A stretch of 62,906 nucleotides of DNA, filler included, from Perkinsus chesapeaki ATCC PRA-425 (lineage: Eukaryota; Protista; Perkinsozoa), in the NCBI GenBank assembly GCA_013115145.1. It is 3 parts of 3 records of this genome, joined end to end, with 100 filler letters (N's around TTAATTAATTAA, not from the genome) between each part and the next. Parts side by side here need not be neighbours in the genome. Positions count along the whole stretch, not along the records: positions 6,747 to 37,021 come from JAAPAO010000439.1; positions 37,122 to 62,906 come from JAAPAO010000519.1; 1 more part is not named here. One strand, 5' to 3'. A program made the translations under genes and the position numbers. The number at the start of each line of letters is the position of its first letter. Position 1 is the first letter of the stretch. Below the pieces are notes generated by a model, which made no database searches, had not been told where the DNA came from, and was given only the letters and a program-made list of their open reading frames with translations. Below, piece after piece: positions 24,701-37,380 of the stretch.

Positions 24701-27700
24701 AGATGATGATGAGGAGAGTGAGGCGAAGCTCCGAGCCTACAAGCTGGTCCTTCCACCGGGGTACACTGTCAAGACAGAGCTCACGTACAATCCACAGGAA
24801 CTCGGTCAACAGGTGAGGGCCTTGCTTTGCCTGCTGCTGCGAGGTAGACGTTTTTGCTGTATCAGGTTTTCGAGTTTCCTATTGTTGCCTCTGGCGGTGG
24901 CTCGGTTCCGGATAACCTACGGAAGGTTGTCAGTGCGGAAGCGTTGCGCCCGAGGATGATCTTGTCGACTAGCGTTGTAGACTTCAAGAGCAGGGTGGTG
25001 TCGAAAGGTAGGCGGCATTTAGGAGATAAATCGAAGTAAACCCCCACAGATTCTGTGGTGCCAGCAAGTTCAGAGTTCTCATTTGAGAACGTGGACGAAT
25101 GCCCGACACGATGGCAGATAGACACAGCCGCCCTGGCCCGGCACGCGGGTGTGTTCCATTTGGAACCATCGGAAGGGGTGCTTCAGCCTAATCAGGCCGC
25201 AGTCGTTAGGATGACCTTCAAGCCTAAAGAGGCCATGAAATACTCGGTGGACCTGCCAGTGTATATTTCCTCCCCTCACAGCGGCACTAGCTCGGGCGCT
25301 TCAGAGGCGCTGCCTGTGGATATGAGCCAACCGTATTTGAATATCCAAGTCCTCGGCGAAGGTAGCATACCGAAGCTGTCCTTCGATCGTGCGGAGCTGA
25401 TAGTGCCGGTGGCTGCACTGAACGAGAGGACTGTGGCCACTTTCGATATACTCAATGAAGGCTACGACAACAAGGAAGTCTTCCAAACCGCGTCCACTGA
25501 CTGCTACGGCATAGTCGTAGAATTCCCCGAAGGAGGACAACTGTCCGGCTCTCGCGGAAAGGTCCCAGTTGAAGTAGTCTTTTCTTCACCCAAGGCTGTT
25601 AGCATCGTCACCAAACTTGAATTCGGTGTCAAGAGCCTCTACAACGATTCGCAAGAGCAGACTGTGTATTCTATCCGGGTGTGCGCCATCGCCGATAACA
25701 GCATGTTTACCCTCCCGGCTGGAGCAAGGCCCCAGTCCGAAGCTCAACCTCTGGAACCAGAGTTCCTTGTACGTTGGCTCAATAGCAATGCGCTTCGGGT
25801 CCCGATCGATCGGTTTCCGGAGGATTGTATTGCACAGAATGGTCGGCATTTAATAGACGCCATCGAGGCACTGAGCGGAAAGCCTGTGAAACTGGCAGGC
25901 CCTGGGACACCGAGAGCGGGAAAAGGGCAGGTAACGGATGGGCCCAGAAGCCGCGACTTGCACCGAGCCGAGCAATTGGTGAAGACATACGAGCAGATCA
26001 TGCAATATCTACTCCTATGCGGAGCTCGCCTGGCTCATGTTCGGCCAGAATATTTCCTCTCTAGTGAACACTTTGTGAAGTACTGCATGGCCAAGTATGA
26101 GCCCGGTACATTTAGCAGGCGCCAGCTGGAGAGACTTTTCCCCATGTTCACTTATCATGCTTGGTCATCGACTTTCCTCCAAATAATAAAGCTGTTCTTT
26201 GTGAGCAGGGTTACTGTTAAAAAGTGGCGAGGACTCATCGCAACGGAGACTAAAAGTATCCAAGAGACTAAAGGCGAAGGTGCGCAGCTTCCGCTGGAGC
26301 TGCAAGCTCTCGCTGACACACGCACCCTTCAAGAGACTGACAGTCTGTCTCTACCGGAGAACGTTCTCTTGAGGTGGCTTAACTACTGCTTTATAAAGTC
26401 CAACAAGGGGCGTTTCACCGCGCGGAAGATAGAAAACTTTGCTGAGCATGTGAAGGATTGCCTGCCCTTTTCACTCGCCATCGAAGCCTATCATCCGGTC
26501 TGCCAGATCGCCTACCGTCTCTCGGTTCCAGCCGCTACTGCAGAAGATATTCAAGCTAATGCACAACAGCTGATGCAGTGCTTCACAACTATCGGTTTGG
26601 AGTTTCCTTTGACATTGTCGGACTTTACAGAAGGCGAAGTGGCGCCGAGGGACATGGTGTTGCTCACCCAGTTCCTTTTCGAGACATTGCCGTCGTTCTC
26701 TCCCAAGGCCACGGTATTGTTCCCAACTCCTCTTGGTGTGCCTTCCATCAAGATCATCGAAATAACCAATCCGGCCAAGGGACAGATCCGCTACAGCTGC
26801 GCCATACAAGGTAGCAAGGAGTTCGTCCTCTCCACCGACCACAAGTCGATCGTCATTCCTGGGGGACGCGGAAAGATAGACTTACCAGTTGAATTCAAAA
26901 GTCACTTCTCGAGACCGGCCGAGGCTGTTCTGACACTTACTTCTCAAAGAGAGAATAACCTTTATGCAGCCCCAATGGTTTTCAAACTCATCAGCAGTTG
27001 TACTGGAAAAAGCCCGCGAAAGTCGTTTGACGTATCCGCCACCTTGTATGAAGTTGCGGTCTTGGAGGTGGAAGTTGACTCACCCTTTGGCGTGGATTCT
27101 GAGTTCCAGATATCCATGAACTTTCATTTGGCCACAAGTGCGTCGAATAAAGCGCCACGGAAAAGTAAACTGGCTTCCCCGATTGGCGCATTCCATATCG
27201 ACTCGACCAAGGTTCGGGTTAAAAAAGGGAATACAAGCCGAGTCGTGCTGCATTTCCTTCCATTTGAAGTTGGCCACTTCGTCGCAACCTTGGCGTTCTT
27301 CGATCCTAATGCTGGAGAGTTCATCTACGAGGTTACCGGTGCGAGCAAGCTGCCTCAGCCTAATGAAACCCAGGCGAACTTCTTGACCGTCAAAAGCGGC
27401 GAAGTTGGATCGAAAGAACTGTTGATCCCTACTAAGAACGCCCCGCTCGAGAAGGCTCTGCAATGGCTTCAAAAACGAGGAAAGAAACCACCGACTATGC
27501 CGGAAAGCGTGATCTATAGTGTGCATTTGGGAAGCCGTTATATGACGGCGCCCAAGGAGTTTACTACAGGCAATAAGCAGGGCGATGGTAAACTTGAAAT
27601 CAAGTTCAAACCTCGCGAGCCTGGTATCTATCCTTGTACCGTGATTCTGTCCTCGACGTACGACTATCGAGTGTACAAGATCGAAGCCAAAGGCACCGCG

Positions 27701-30048
27701 CCCAACACTCTGGCAAGCCTTTCATTTGAAACCTTCGCCCGACGGCCCATCGTGCAAGATATTCCTGTTGTTAATGCAACAGATCAGGATTGGACCATCA
27801 AAGCCACGCTTCGTGGGGATTCTGGTGGGGTTTTCGGAGGTCCTCGGGAATTTGTAGCGAAGCGGGCATCCAACGGTCAGAAGAAGGTCACGACATACCC
27901 GTTGAAGTTCAGTCCTGATTGGGCATGCCAAGTGACAGATCATCTTATTTTGCAGAATGTGTCGACTAATGATGTCTACGAGTATGAGTTGAGGGGCGAA
28001 GCTAAGAAACCTCTGGCCGAGGATCATATAGTGGTTGAGTGTACCGCGAGAGAACAGACCAGCGTAACATTGACAGTGCCCAATTACTCTGTAAAGGATG
28101 TCATTTATGAGGTGGAGAGCGACCTTTTGGATATCTTCGGCGATCCAACGCTCGCTGTCCCCAGCAGTGGGAAGGCAGATTATATCGTTAACGCCCGGCC
28201 GCTGCAAGCTAGAACTGTTACGGGTAGCGTTAAGTTCGCAGAGCCGGGAACAGGTCGTTTCGTTTGGTATACCATCGAGCTCAGAGTGTCGCCGCCTAAG
28301 CCCGAAGATGTGGTTAAACTTTCCTGCGTGGTTCGACAGGCGGTTTCGCTCAGCATTGATTTGGCCAATCCGCTAAACACCGAGGCATCCTTCTTTGTAA
28401 CCGTTGTGGGAGACGGTCTTGTGGGCGAGGATGAATTTGTCTTACCACCCAAGGAAAGTGGCAAGTATGAACTCATGTACTCCCCGCTCAAGCCGACGGC
28501 TCTGGAAAGAGGATCAGTGGTGTTCCTTAATGAGCAGCTAGGAGAATTCTGGTATCAGCTTGAACTTGTTGCTGATCAACCTCCACCGGAAGAGTTGGAG
28601 CTTCTGGAGTGCGACCTTGGTAAGTCGGTGAAGACTTCGTTCGCAATCGAGAACCCTACGAGCAAGGAAGCCGTCCTGCGAGTTCGTAACACTAACAAAG
28701 TGAACTTCAGGATGCTCACGAAACGTCTGGTCTTACCGCCGCTCGGGTTGTGCTCAATAGAAATGGAGTACATGCCATCAGCACTGGAGTCGGATCAACG
28801 AGCAGAGCTCACACTGACCAATTCCAACGCTGGCACCTGGGAATTCATTCTGGTCGGTAGAGGACTTCAGCCCAGTCAGGTTGCCGAGCTATCAGCTATC
28901 GCACAAGTTAACAAGACCGTTTCGGAGTCTGTATCGTTCCGCAATCCTTTGCTTGAAAGGCTCGAAGTCGAAGTGTCTCTTGACAATGCTCCTGGCTCCT
29001 CAGGAGCCTTCAAACTGCTCGGGAAGAAGCGGTCGCTGGTCGTGCGCCCGCTGGAGACCGTGCAAGTTGCGTACTCGTTCACCCCGTCGACCATGTCAGC
29101 GCAGACCACTACCTTGATAGTGAAAAGCGCGAAGGAACCGGCGCTTTCATGGAAGTACAGGATCACCGGCATCGCAGAGGCTCCCACAGATGCTGCTCCA
29201 ATCTGCTTCACAGTTGAAGCTAGACAAGCACTGGACACGTTCTACACCTTGACGCTCCTTGGCCTAGACTTAGAAGAAGGGGAGAAACCTTCGGACGCTC
29301 TGTTCTGTGAGCTCGAGGTGCCTGATGCTCAGAAGACTGTTGTGAGGAAGAGCTTCCAAGTTGATTTAGCACAGCAGGCGATTGAAGGCATTGCACGGGA
29401 GAAGAATCAGGTCGCGCTGTCCGTTAAATTCTCACCTCTCCGGCCTTTCGTCGGGCTCGGCTCCCTTGTGGTTTCCAAGAGGGACGGCGGAGGTCGGTGG
29501 CGATTCGACATTCGTTTGGAAGCCACCTACCCTCCTGTTGATGATGTTATTACTATCGAGAGTCCCCTCAATAAGGCTACCAGTGTGGCTTTCCATTTGT
29601 GTAACTTCACGGAGACCTACGCGGAGTTCGAAGCCTTCTTCGAAGCGGACAGCGCCTTTGAGTTCTCTGTAACGCCCACCAGTGGAGTTCTCGAGCCAGC
29701 CTCGGCACCACCTGATGAGACAGGGCAGCGCGGCACTGCCTTTATCGTTACCTATAAGCCTACAGAGTACGGCAAGCCAGTGATGGGTAAACTTATAATT
29801 AGAACAGACGACGTACGTTTGAGCTGTTTATAGACCTCGTGGTGACTGTCTTGCATTGCTGTTAGGTCTTGTGGAGTTATCTTGTCAAGGGCACGCATCC
29901 GGCATACACCGCTCCGACAACTGTGAAGTCCAAGGTTGTTACTCACTTGAGTCCCGAAATCGAGGAAGAGATTGCGAGGAGGAGGCAGATTCAGGGTCGG
30001 AAGAACTTCGTCAAATCTAACACGCTGGCGATGATGCATCGTGGCTGA
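18760..30048 (+). CDS. CFAP47: Cilia/flagella-associated protein 47-like (ASH/Ig-like repeats plus calponin-homology domain)
   Basis: Starts MELSTEVINFGIV; repeated ASH-type motifs (e.g. LEPSEGVLQP); CH domain ENVLLRWLNY...IENFAEHVKDCL; 4.76-kb exon 25050-29812; last exon VLWSYLVKGTHP...HRG stop. The 5' start may extend further. Confidence 0.82.
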
Positions 30049-31065
30049 CCAAGCATGAATCCTGTTGCGGTGTGCCGAGATCGACTGTGCTGAGTTTCAC
30101 CGATCCTCAAGTTTTAAGGCAGGCTTTTGCCACTGTGATTCATGAAGTCAGGGCCGTCAGAGGCATCACAGCTGTTCGAGCAATGGCTCAAGCAGCGGAC
30201 GATGAGCACTATTCACCCGCCTAGTTGCCACCTAGAATGGGTCCACCGAAAGGAAATCTTTGGTGAAGGAATCAAACGCGTACATGCGTGCTCGGATATG
30301 ATGCGAGTCCATAGTCTCGGCTGCAGGTGAACAACATAGCCCTTTTCCATAAGTACCCCCACTTACTTCAACAACAACAACAACAACCTCTACCAGAAGA
30401 GCCGGTCAAGCAGAGCAGCCGGAAAAGGTCAGTCAGCTTTGACGCTAGGACAACAGAAGGGTAGGGCACTGGCTGTGGTATTTTGTAGCTCCCTTGCCGA
30501 CGCAGGGATAAACAGGCCAAGTTACAGCCTGTATGGATGCCTAGCCCGATGACCGAGCGAGAACAAAACCTGCTGAAGCTCATGTGCACGCATGTGCGTA
30601 TCCTCAAGCCGCTCGTCTTATCGCCTATCTGCATCCAATTCGGCTCGGTTTTTTCTTCAGTACCTACCAAAGGAATCTCCCACTTTGACGCCATCCGTCC
30701 GACTTAAAGTGCGACGCTACCTGCAGTACCTGATGTTCGTGGATCCTGGTTTCAAGGACTACGTCTTGTGCAATTCTGATAATGCTTCCAAATTGCTCCA
30801 AAGCATCGGTACACCACACCGCCTAGCAGCTGGTGTTGCAGGTTTGATTAGGTACGCTCTTGGAGGCGAAGAACTACAAAAGACTGCCGGTACACAAGGC
30901 AGTAAGTGCTCAGTCGTTCACGTGTGATATTACTGATCCCGCAGGTTCAGATGGCGACGTCGAGATGTGTGGACATTCCAGCGATTCTCCAGAAAGCTTC
31001 GGCGAGCTGACTTCTAACCACCTTACTATTCCCATCATGCTATTCACGAAGTTGTTGTTCCACAT

Positions 31066-32868
31066 TTGTGTGCTCGCCAGCCCGTTGCGTTCAAAGTGAC
31101 GTTTCCGTTCTCTGTACTCCAAGGCCCCCTCACTCCCCCTTTGCCAGCTTTGTTACCCGAACATGTACCCCCTATGAGGAACTTACAACGTAAGCTCACT
31201 CTTCGTCACTTGTTGCATTGGGCTGCTGTTTCTCTTGCTGGCTTGGACATTGTCATCCAGGCTCTGTCCGTAAAGGATACCTCTGATCCGACTATCCCCG
31301 AAATTCTGATATGTCTTGCATGTTATACCATACAGTACAAGTTCCAAGTGGGGTCGGATTTATTTGCCACACAACTGCTCCCGACGATGCTTCTGTTCCC
31401 TGGACCATACTGGTGCAAAGTAGCGGCCGGTGTCATCCACGCGCTCCATATCGCTGTGACCATGGATCCGCCGACTCGCCTACGAGAAGCCCTAGTTCTG
31501 AGAATGATTGAGGTAGCGCTGAGTCTTCACATCATCTATGTTCTACGCGTGTATCGACCGTGGCCTTTGTTGGGCCTCTTTGGAGTTGCTCTTGCCGCCC
31601 ACTGGGAGGACGCAGACATCCTCTGTGATCTGCGACAGCTGCTTGTTTGTTTTGGTGCCACATGTTGCGATTTGACCTTATTTATGAATGCCTTCGGAGT
31701 GGCAGCATCTGCTCGACGTGTTCGCGCGGTGTACATAGTCTCCCGCCTGGTCATTGGTATGCTTTTACTCCTGTTGTTCCCTCAGCACGTTATAACTTCT
31801 GCTGTGCTAATGGCTCTCTATTTCACGTGCCAGGGGTGGATTGTGGTAGTTAGGCCTATCAGTGTGCCGCTGAGTGAGATCAAAGTGTCGGACAACAAAG
31901 CCCATCCAAGCGACCGGTGCTTGCTTACGTTCTTCGAGTACGACCTTCGAAAGCGTCTAGCTGATGAAGTTGAGGAAATAGAAACGGGTCTCGATGCCGA
32001 GTCGGAGGATGAGTTCGAGGACTGCGCAGATGCTTCCGTGCCTTTCTGTATTGAGCGCTTTCGAGAGCGCGCCGAGCTGGGCAAAGGCGAGTTCGGCCGC
32101 TGCGTTTGGGTGTTTGATGTGTCGAGTGGGAGGGAGTATGCTGTGAAGTATTTGAATAAAAGTATTTATCGGCGAAGAGGACTAACGTCGAAGGCGGCCG
32201 AAGAACTGAGAATAGTTAGTGGAATTAGCCATCAGAATGTTGTTACATTTTATGGGGCTTACGAGACTGCGGATACTTGGGCGTTCGTTTTTGAGTACTG
32301 CAACAACGGCGACCTGGCGGCCTACATGTCCCGGAATAACCCCGTGGATCCCGTTGTCGCGCTGGGCATGGCTTCTAGGATTTTACAAGCACTTAACTAT
32401 TTGCATCAGCTGTGGATCGTCTACAGGGACTTGAAGCCGGCCAATGTGGTGCTGGATTATGCATACAACCCAAAACTCTGTGACTTTGGTCTGGCCATTT
32501 GGCGGCACAGTCCCGATGCAACTTGTCGGACTTTCTGCGGAAGCGCTGGCTACTGTGCGCCGGAGGTTCGAACAGGCCCCGAATATGATGACAAGTGTGA
32601 TATCTTCAGCTGGGGCGCTCTGACCTGGGCACTTGTAACGGGGATGCAAGCGCACCTTCACAGATCCTGGGCGTCGACCTTATCTGGTAATGACCCTTGG
32701 TTTGAGAATCACTTGGCAAGATTCTCACCAATAGATCGCGAAGGACTCAGAGAAGTTCTGACCATGACAGCTCAGACCAACCCTATAGAGCGGCCAGACT
32801 CGGCGTACCTATGCTTTGGCAACTCACACGTCCTAAGATGGCAAACTTATCCTTGCGAGCTGAACTGA
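31066..32868 (+). CDS. Ser/Thr protein kinase with N-terminal multi-pass membrane region; first ATG at 31174
   Basis: Several hydrophobic segments, an acidic linker, then LGKGEFG, AVK, E(alphaC), YRDLKPAN, DFG, GSAGYCAPE and DIFSWG. Single exon. Confidence 0.88.
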   Translation: MCARQPVAFKVTFPFSVLQGPLTPPLPALLPEHVPPMRNLQRKLTLRHLLHWAAVSLAGLDIVIQALSVKDTSDPTIPEILICLACYTIQYKFQVGSDLFATQLLPTMLLFPGPYWCKVAAGVIHALHIAVTMDPPTRLREALVLRMIEVALSLHIIYVLRVYRPWPLLGLFGVALAAHWEDADILCDLRQLLVCFGATCCDLTLFMNAFGVAASARRVRAVYIVSRLVIGMLLLLLFPQHVITSAVLMALYFTCQGWIVVVRPISVPLSEIKVSDNKAHPSDRCLLTFFEYDLRKRLADEVEEIETGLDAESEDEFEDCADASVPFCIERFRERAELGKGEFGRCVWVFDVSSGREYAVKYLNKSIYRRRGLTSKAAEELRIVSGISHQNVVTFYGAYETADTWAFVFEYCNNGDLAAYMSRNNPVDPVVALGMASRILQALNYLHQLWIVYRDLKPANVVLDYAYNPKLCDFGLAIWRHSPDATCRTFCGSAGYCAPEVRTGPEYDDKCDIFSWGALTWALVTGMQAHLHRSWASTLSGNDPWFENHLARFSPIDREGLREVLTMTAQTNPIERPDSAYLCFGNSHVLRWQTYPCELN

Positions 32869-32991
32869 CTGTAAATCATAATATCAATATTGTCTACGTT
32901 TGTATTATGTGTTTCATTCCTTTATATACATTATTCGTGTTAGTCATTCCAGTGGTTGAGCCGGACAATGGGCGTCACATTCAGGTTGTAG

Positions 32992-33760
32992 ATGCCCCCT
33001 TGTCGGAAAGTCGTATGGCTCAAGGCTCTGCGTCCTAATGCAGTGATATGGCGGAGGTTCTCTTCAACTGTGGCTGCAGCAGATAAGCACTATCGAGACC
33101 TAGGCGAACCGCCTCTCCCGAACACCCACAGAGTGTGAGTATGACGTCTTTTCGCTTCAAGCAGTTTTCAGTGGCACGATCATTCCGACCTTTCATGGAC
33201 TGTGCTTTCTGTTGGGCGAGTTTTCTGGTCTACCCCCCTGCACACTTTATTCGCCTTCAGCATTCGCTCTTCGAGGCCAGGTTCACTAGAGCAGGAAGTC
33301 GGGCGTTCGATGCGCAGATCGATTATCCTTTGGAGGAGGTGCCGGGAATTCTTGCGGCTGGGAGAAAAATCCTAGCTGATCACCGAATACGCCTTAGCGA
33401 CGACGAGCTTGCCAACCTCCCAAAAGCAGAGATCAACGACAGCGTTTTTGTAAGCCGAATGTCTGTCTGGCTACGTTTCTCGTGGCTAGCGCTTCTACAG
33501 CTAGAGAACGCACGCATTCAAGGAGATAACTGGTCGCCTGCTCTTAGTGGATGATGCGATGCCTCCAACGAGCTCGACTCTCTTCGACAATCGTGAATGG
33601 ATTAGTTCATCGGATATACGAGAGAGTAGAGTACCCAAAACTCGGTTTCCCGAGTACTTTAGATCGCAAAATAAAAATCCAGACGACCCTACACTGGAAA
33701 GATGTAAGCTTCCAGCCTTGCGAGCCTCACTAAAGAGAGGTGTCAGGTACCGGATGAAGG
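32992..33760 (+). CDS. Hypothetical multi-exon protein, possible mitochondrial targeting peptide; structure unresolved
   Basis: MPPCRKVVWLKALRPNAVIWRRFSSTVAAA is Arg-rich, acid-free and ends RRFSS; a short GT-AG intron follows. Downstream frame uncertain. Confidence 0.3.
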
Positions 33761-36341
33761 AGAGTATTGCAAGATCATCCCCCTTGCTTATTGGACAGGG
33801 CTAAATCTGTGGTTGGTGTTCCAGCGGGTGTCAGTTGATGGGTATCCTTTCGGCAGCTGGTTGGCAAGTGAGAATCTGCTACTCTTGGTGTATGAGAAAT
33901 TGTCTGCCTCAGATGATCTCCTAGAGTGGCAGTACATGCTGCTTGACCAATGGATACGCATGGCCGCTGTGCCGACGCCCAGCGTTGGTATGGAAACCCA
34001 TGTAGGAATCTCAACAAGTTGTCGTCCGCACAGTGTACCTTGTCCAGCGAATGGAGCGCCTGCTGGTGGGCATGTCCCAAACCTTGGACGAAGCCTGCTT
34101 TGCTCTGCCCCATCACTTTGAGGACGCCCACCCAACCAGCCAGAACTCCCCCGAAGTAACTCTATATACTCTTCAGTGCGATATCCTTCTGCGTCTCAGG
34201 AAATGCCAATATCAGTGGCAGGCACGCCGGAAGTCGGGCCGGTGACGCACAGTGATGATGTTCCTTTGGCAATGAGATTGGGGATGCTCTACCATAGTGT
34301 ATGGAAAACTGTTTTTACTGGAGCTGCTGATTTGACTGCATTCGAGAAAAGGAGGTGTTGTCATTACCGTTGAGTGTTTACGTCACTTTTTCCGCCCTTA
34401 GGCTTTACTTGACCACCATCTACCTTCTCCGAAATCGATCAATGCTGTGGCATATGTCACCCCAACAGGCAAACGGATACAGCAGCCTTAACAACCCGAA
34501 CTGTTGAGCTCCTTTCAGGTGTGCATGGCAAAGTGGAGCTGGGCCGATATATGACAGAAGTGAGCGCTTCGTAGTCTCCACATGCTTCCTATGTTGTTTC
34601 AACTTGTTTCTCTATCTTGAGTGCGTAATACTTCCCAATGCTTCATGGCTGGCATTGATTATGTACCTCAAAAATTGCCCCTTTTTGGGCTACTGTCATG
34701 GGCATTGGAAATCGGAACTGTGAAAGATCTATGCTGCGTGCATATAATAACTTCAGCAGTCTCTCCAGCATAAAATGACTCTTTTCTCCAGTAGACAAGA
34801 AGTGAGGTCCGTCATACAGTATCCGATATAGGGTGGGATAGAAGTTCTATCATAGAACACCAGTAAATTTAGTTGGGATATACGCAGAAATTCGGAACTT
34901 TCGTCTTTTTTGCTTTCGTCCTCACTGTCGTGAATTCCGACCCTATACTGATAAAGCTATTCAAGCTTGTAGTTTATTTCGGCAACATAACTACTGGATA
35001 ACTATGTTCGCCTGTGACAACACAACTTCGGAGGTTCAGCCCGAAGCAGTCCTTATTTGATAACTTTATGGCCTTAGGCCATTGGCCTATGAACTCGAGA
35101 CATCGGAAGTATGGATGTACAAGCCCAGGCTAACCTTACGGCACCAACTAACACATGAGATATCGGCCACCGACCTCCAAGGAACCTAACTACTCACTCA
35201 TCGGCGAGCTACCGATGACTTTCGGTCGACGTACGCGCGCCATTAAGTGTCGCGGTATCAGTTGATGAACTGTGAAGAATAACCCAACAAAGGAGCTTGA
35301 GCAATGTTGTGACTTGTGCGAGTGATTCTCATGAACGCAACAGGCTGGGGTGCGTTAGTTGGCACTATCAGATAATGCGGCTCCGATAAGAGCAACTATG
35401 GGCAGATATCCCCAATATGCGCCTGGGTGCTCACAGCTAATATCGATTCAGCTAAGATCACGCGCAGAACGATTAACATCGATCACTCCACTACACGCCA
35501 GAATACCAATACTACGACCCTGGAACAATAGGTATAAGCCCACTAACTGCACCTAATTTCTACCCCAATCTATGCGTATGCAAACACAATTACTCTGCGC
35601 AACTAATCGATTGGGCTCGATAGCTATAAAGGGAATGGCGAAGGTTTAATCCATCAGACAACCCTTCAGGATATAGTAATACCCCTCGGGGAATGACAAG
35701 TTGTGGGAGAACGAGTAGACTAGTAGTCAAGAGAGCAAGATAGTCGTCAAATTGGAGTCCAGATTCTGGACCCACAACATAAGTTGACGGTCCGGCAGTG
35801 ATCGTACGCATTCACATAGATAGTATTTATGCAACGTGCGCGGAGAGGAGAGAAATTGGTTTCTGAGCTCAACATGAGTATAAGTGCTACTGTATAACTA
35901 GTAATCCCTTGAAAAGTTCTGATCGTTCAGTTATCTGTCATGAGCCTCATTAACTAAGGCTTTGAAGGACGCAGGGCTGAGGTGGCTGTGGGAATTACAT
36001 TACATACAATCTCACAATGAGATTCTCATACGAGTCACTTAGCGTTGAACGAGAGCTATGATCTGAAGGCCAAGCTGCGCTCGCGTTTTCGTAGCAGTAA
36101 ACTCTTTACCGTCGGCTCTTTCTCTTTTCTTGTATCAAATTACACGGGAATAACACTGAAGTCGAATCCAATAATGTTATGGTTCGGCCTGTGTGCGCAA
36201 AAATCCTCTCCCCCCCGATGCGCACGTAGACGCGGTACGCACTGCGTACTACGCAGATGGTCGCACAGGATCGAATCAGTTTGGCTGTAGTGCTGCAGCG
36301 CGAAGAAAGCTTTTATCGTTATTTCTTCTGTATTAAAAATA

Positions 36342-36935
36342 ATGACAATAACACCAACTCGATATCTTATGCTGGTTGTAGCAACTGCCGAGGTCTTCGG
36401 AGGGTATGGGATTTATCAGTATAAACATGAAGGGATAAGCTCTCTTATTTCTCTCGGCTACCCAGCAGCCCCTGATGAAATCTTCGCCTTTTTTCGAACC
36501 GAGAGCATGACGTACACGGCATTCGTTCCATATCGTGTGGCCGGCCTCAACATCGAGATGAACCACTTAACACTCCTCAGCCATTTCCCTTATATTGAAC
36601 CGGGCTTTACGCTGAAGCATGCCGATAACACATTGAATGAGATCGTCCTTTAGCATGCTCAACAACCATCCTACATTTTCAAGAGAGATTCTGGGCGTCT
36701 CCGACGTGGCTTGAGCCAGCCGGACTTGCTTCAGCCGAATATGTCTGTTGATCGTAGTGTAGAAGGTTGCTACTCGGTTCGCGGATCTGAACTCGACGCC
36801 AACCTTACGCTCTTCGCTAACGGTGAGTTCGATCTCAACGTGATTGGTGTTATCCAGAGAAGTCCTTGGAGAACTAGCTTCCATCATGTAAAATCCCAAC
36901 GAACACGGGAGTGCGGGAGGAAACCACAAACCTGA
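36342..36935 (+). CDS. Hypothetical secreted protein (signal-peptide-like start), lineage-specific; exon structure uncertain
   Basis: MTITPTRYLMLVVATAEVFG hydrophobic leader, followed by aromatic beta-rich-looking ORF segments. Confidence 0.35.
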
Positions 36936-37021
36936 AACCCGAACACCCAAAGGTTGAGGTGTATTTCGGGCTTCGGTTTGGGTATCCATGTCAATACAGT
37001 GCAAGACTCGAGACACGTTAA

Positions 37022-37121
37022 NNNNNNNNNNNNNNNNNNNNNNNNNNNNNNNNNNNNNNNNNNNNTTAATTAATTAANNNNNNNNNNNNNNNNNNNNNNN
37101 NNNNNNNNNNNNNNNNNNNNN
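37022..37121. other. Artificial assembly spacer N44-TTAATTAATTAA-N44
   Basis: Identical to 6647-6746. Confidence 0.95.
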
Positions 37122-37380
37122 CCGTGTGTGTGAGTATTTATCGCAATAACCGTTTTTGGTCCAATAGTGGATTGGTCCAAAAGTGGATTCCCCCTTGTAC
37201 ATTATCAGCGCAAGATGACGGTTGTCATACAAGGTAAAGTGGACCTGTGGCTTCGAGGGCATTCCTGGCATCTCAGTTCCCCAACTGGCCGAGTACGTGC
37301 TCTCCAACCCGAAGTTCTTTCCTGGCCTGCACAATGCATCACAGCCTCGGACATCAAAAGGTGCAAAATAGGTTGATTGG

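Noticed and set aside
30592-31099. Segment PSVRLKVRRYLQYLMF resembling a cyclic-nucleotide channel C-linker
   Set aside because: No pore or CNB domain nearby, and I could not join it in frame to the TM kinase.
33135-33170. ORF-track MTSFRFKQFSV, resembling the N-terminus of tRNA m6A37 methyltransferase TrmN6
   Set aside because: It lies within a GT-AG interval (gtgagt...ttttcag) that looks like a short intron, and no SAM-binding motif follows.
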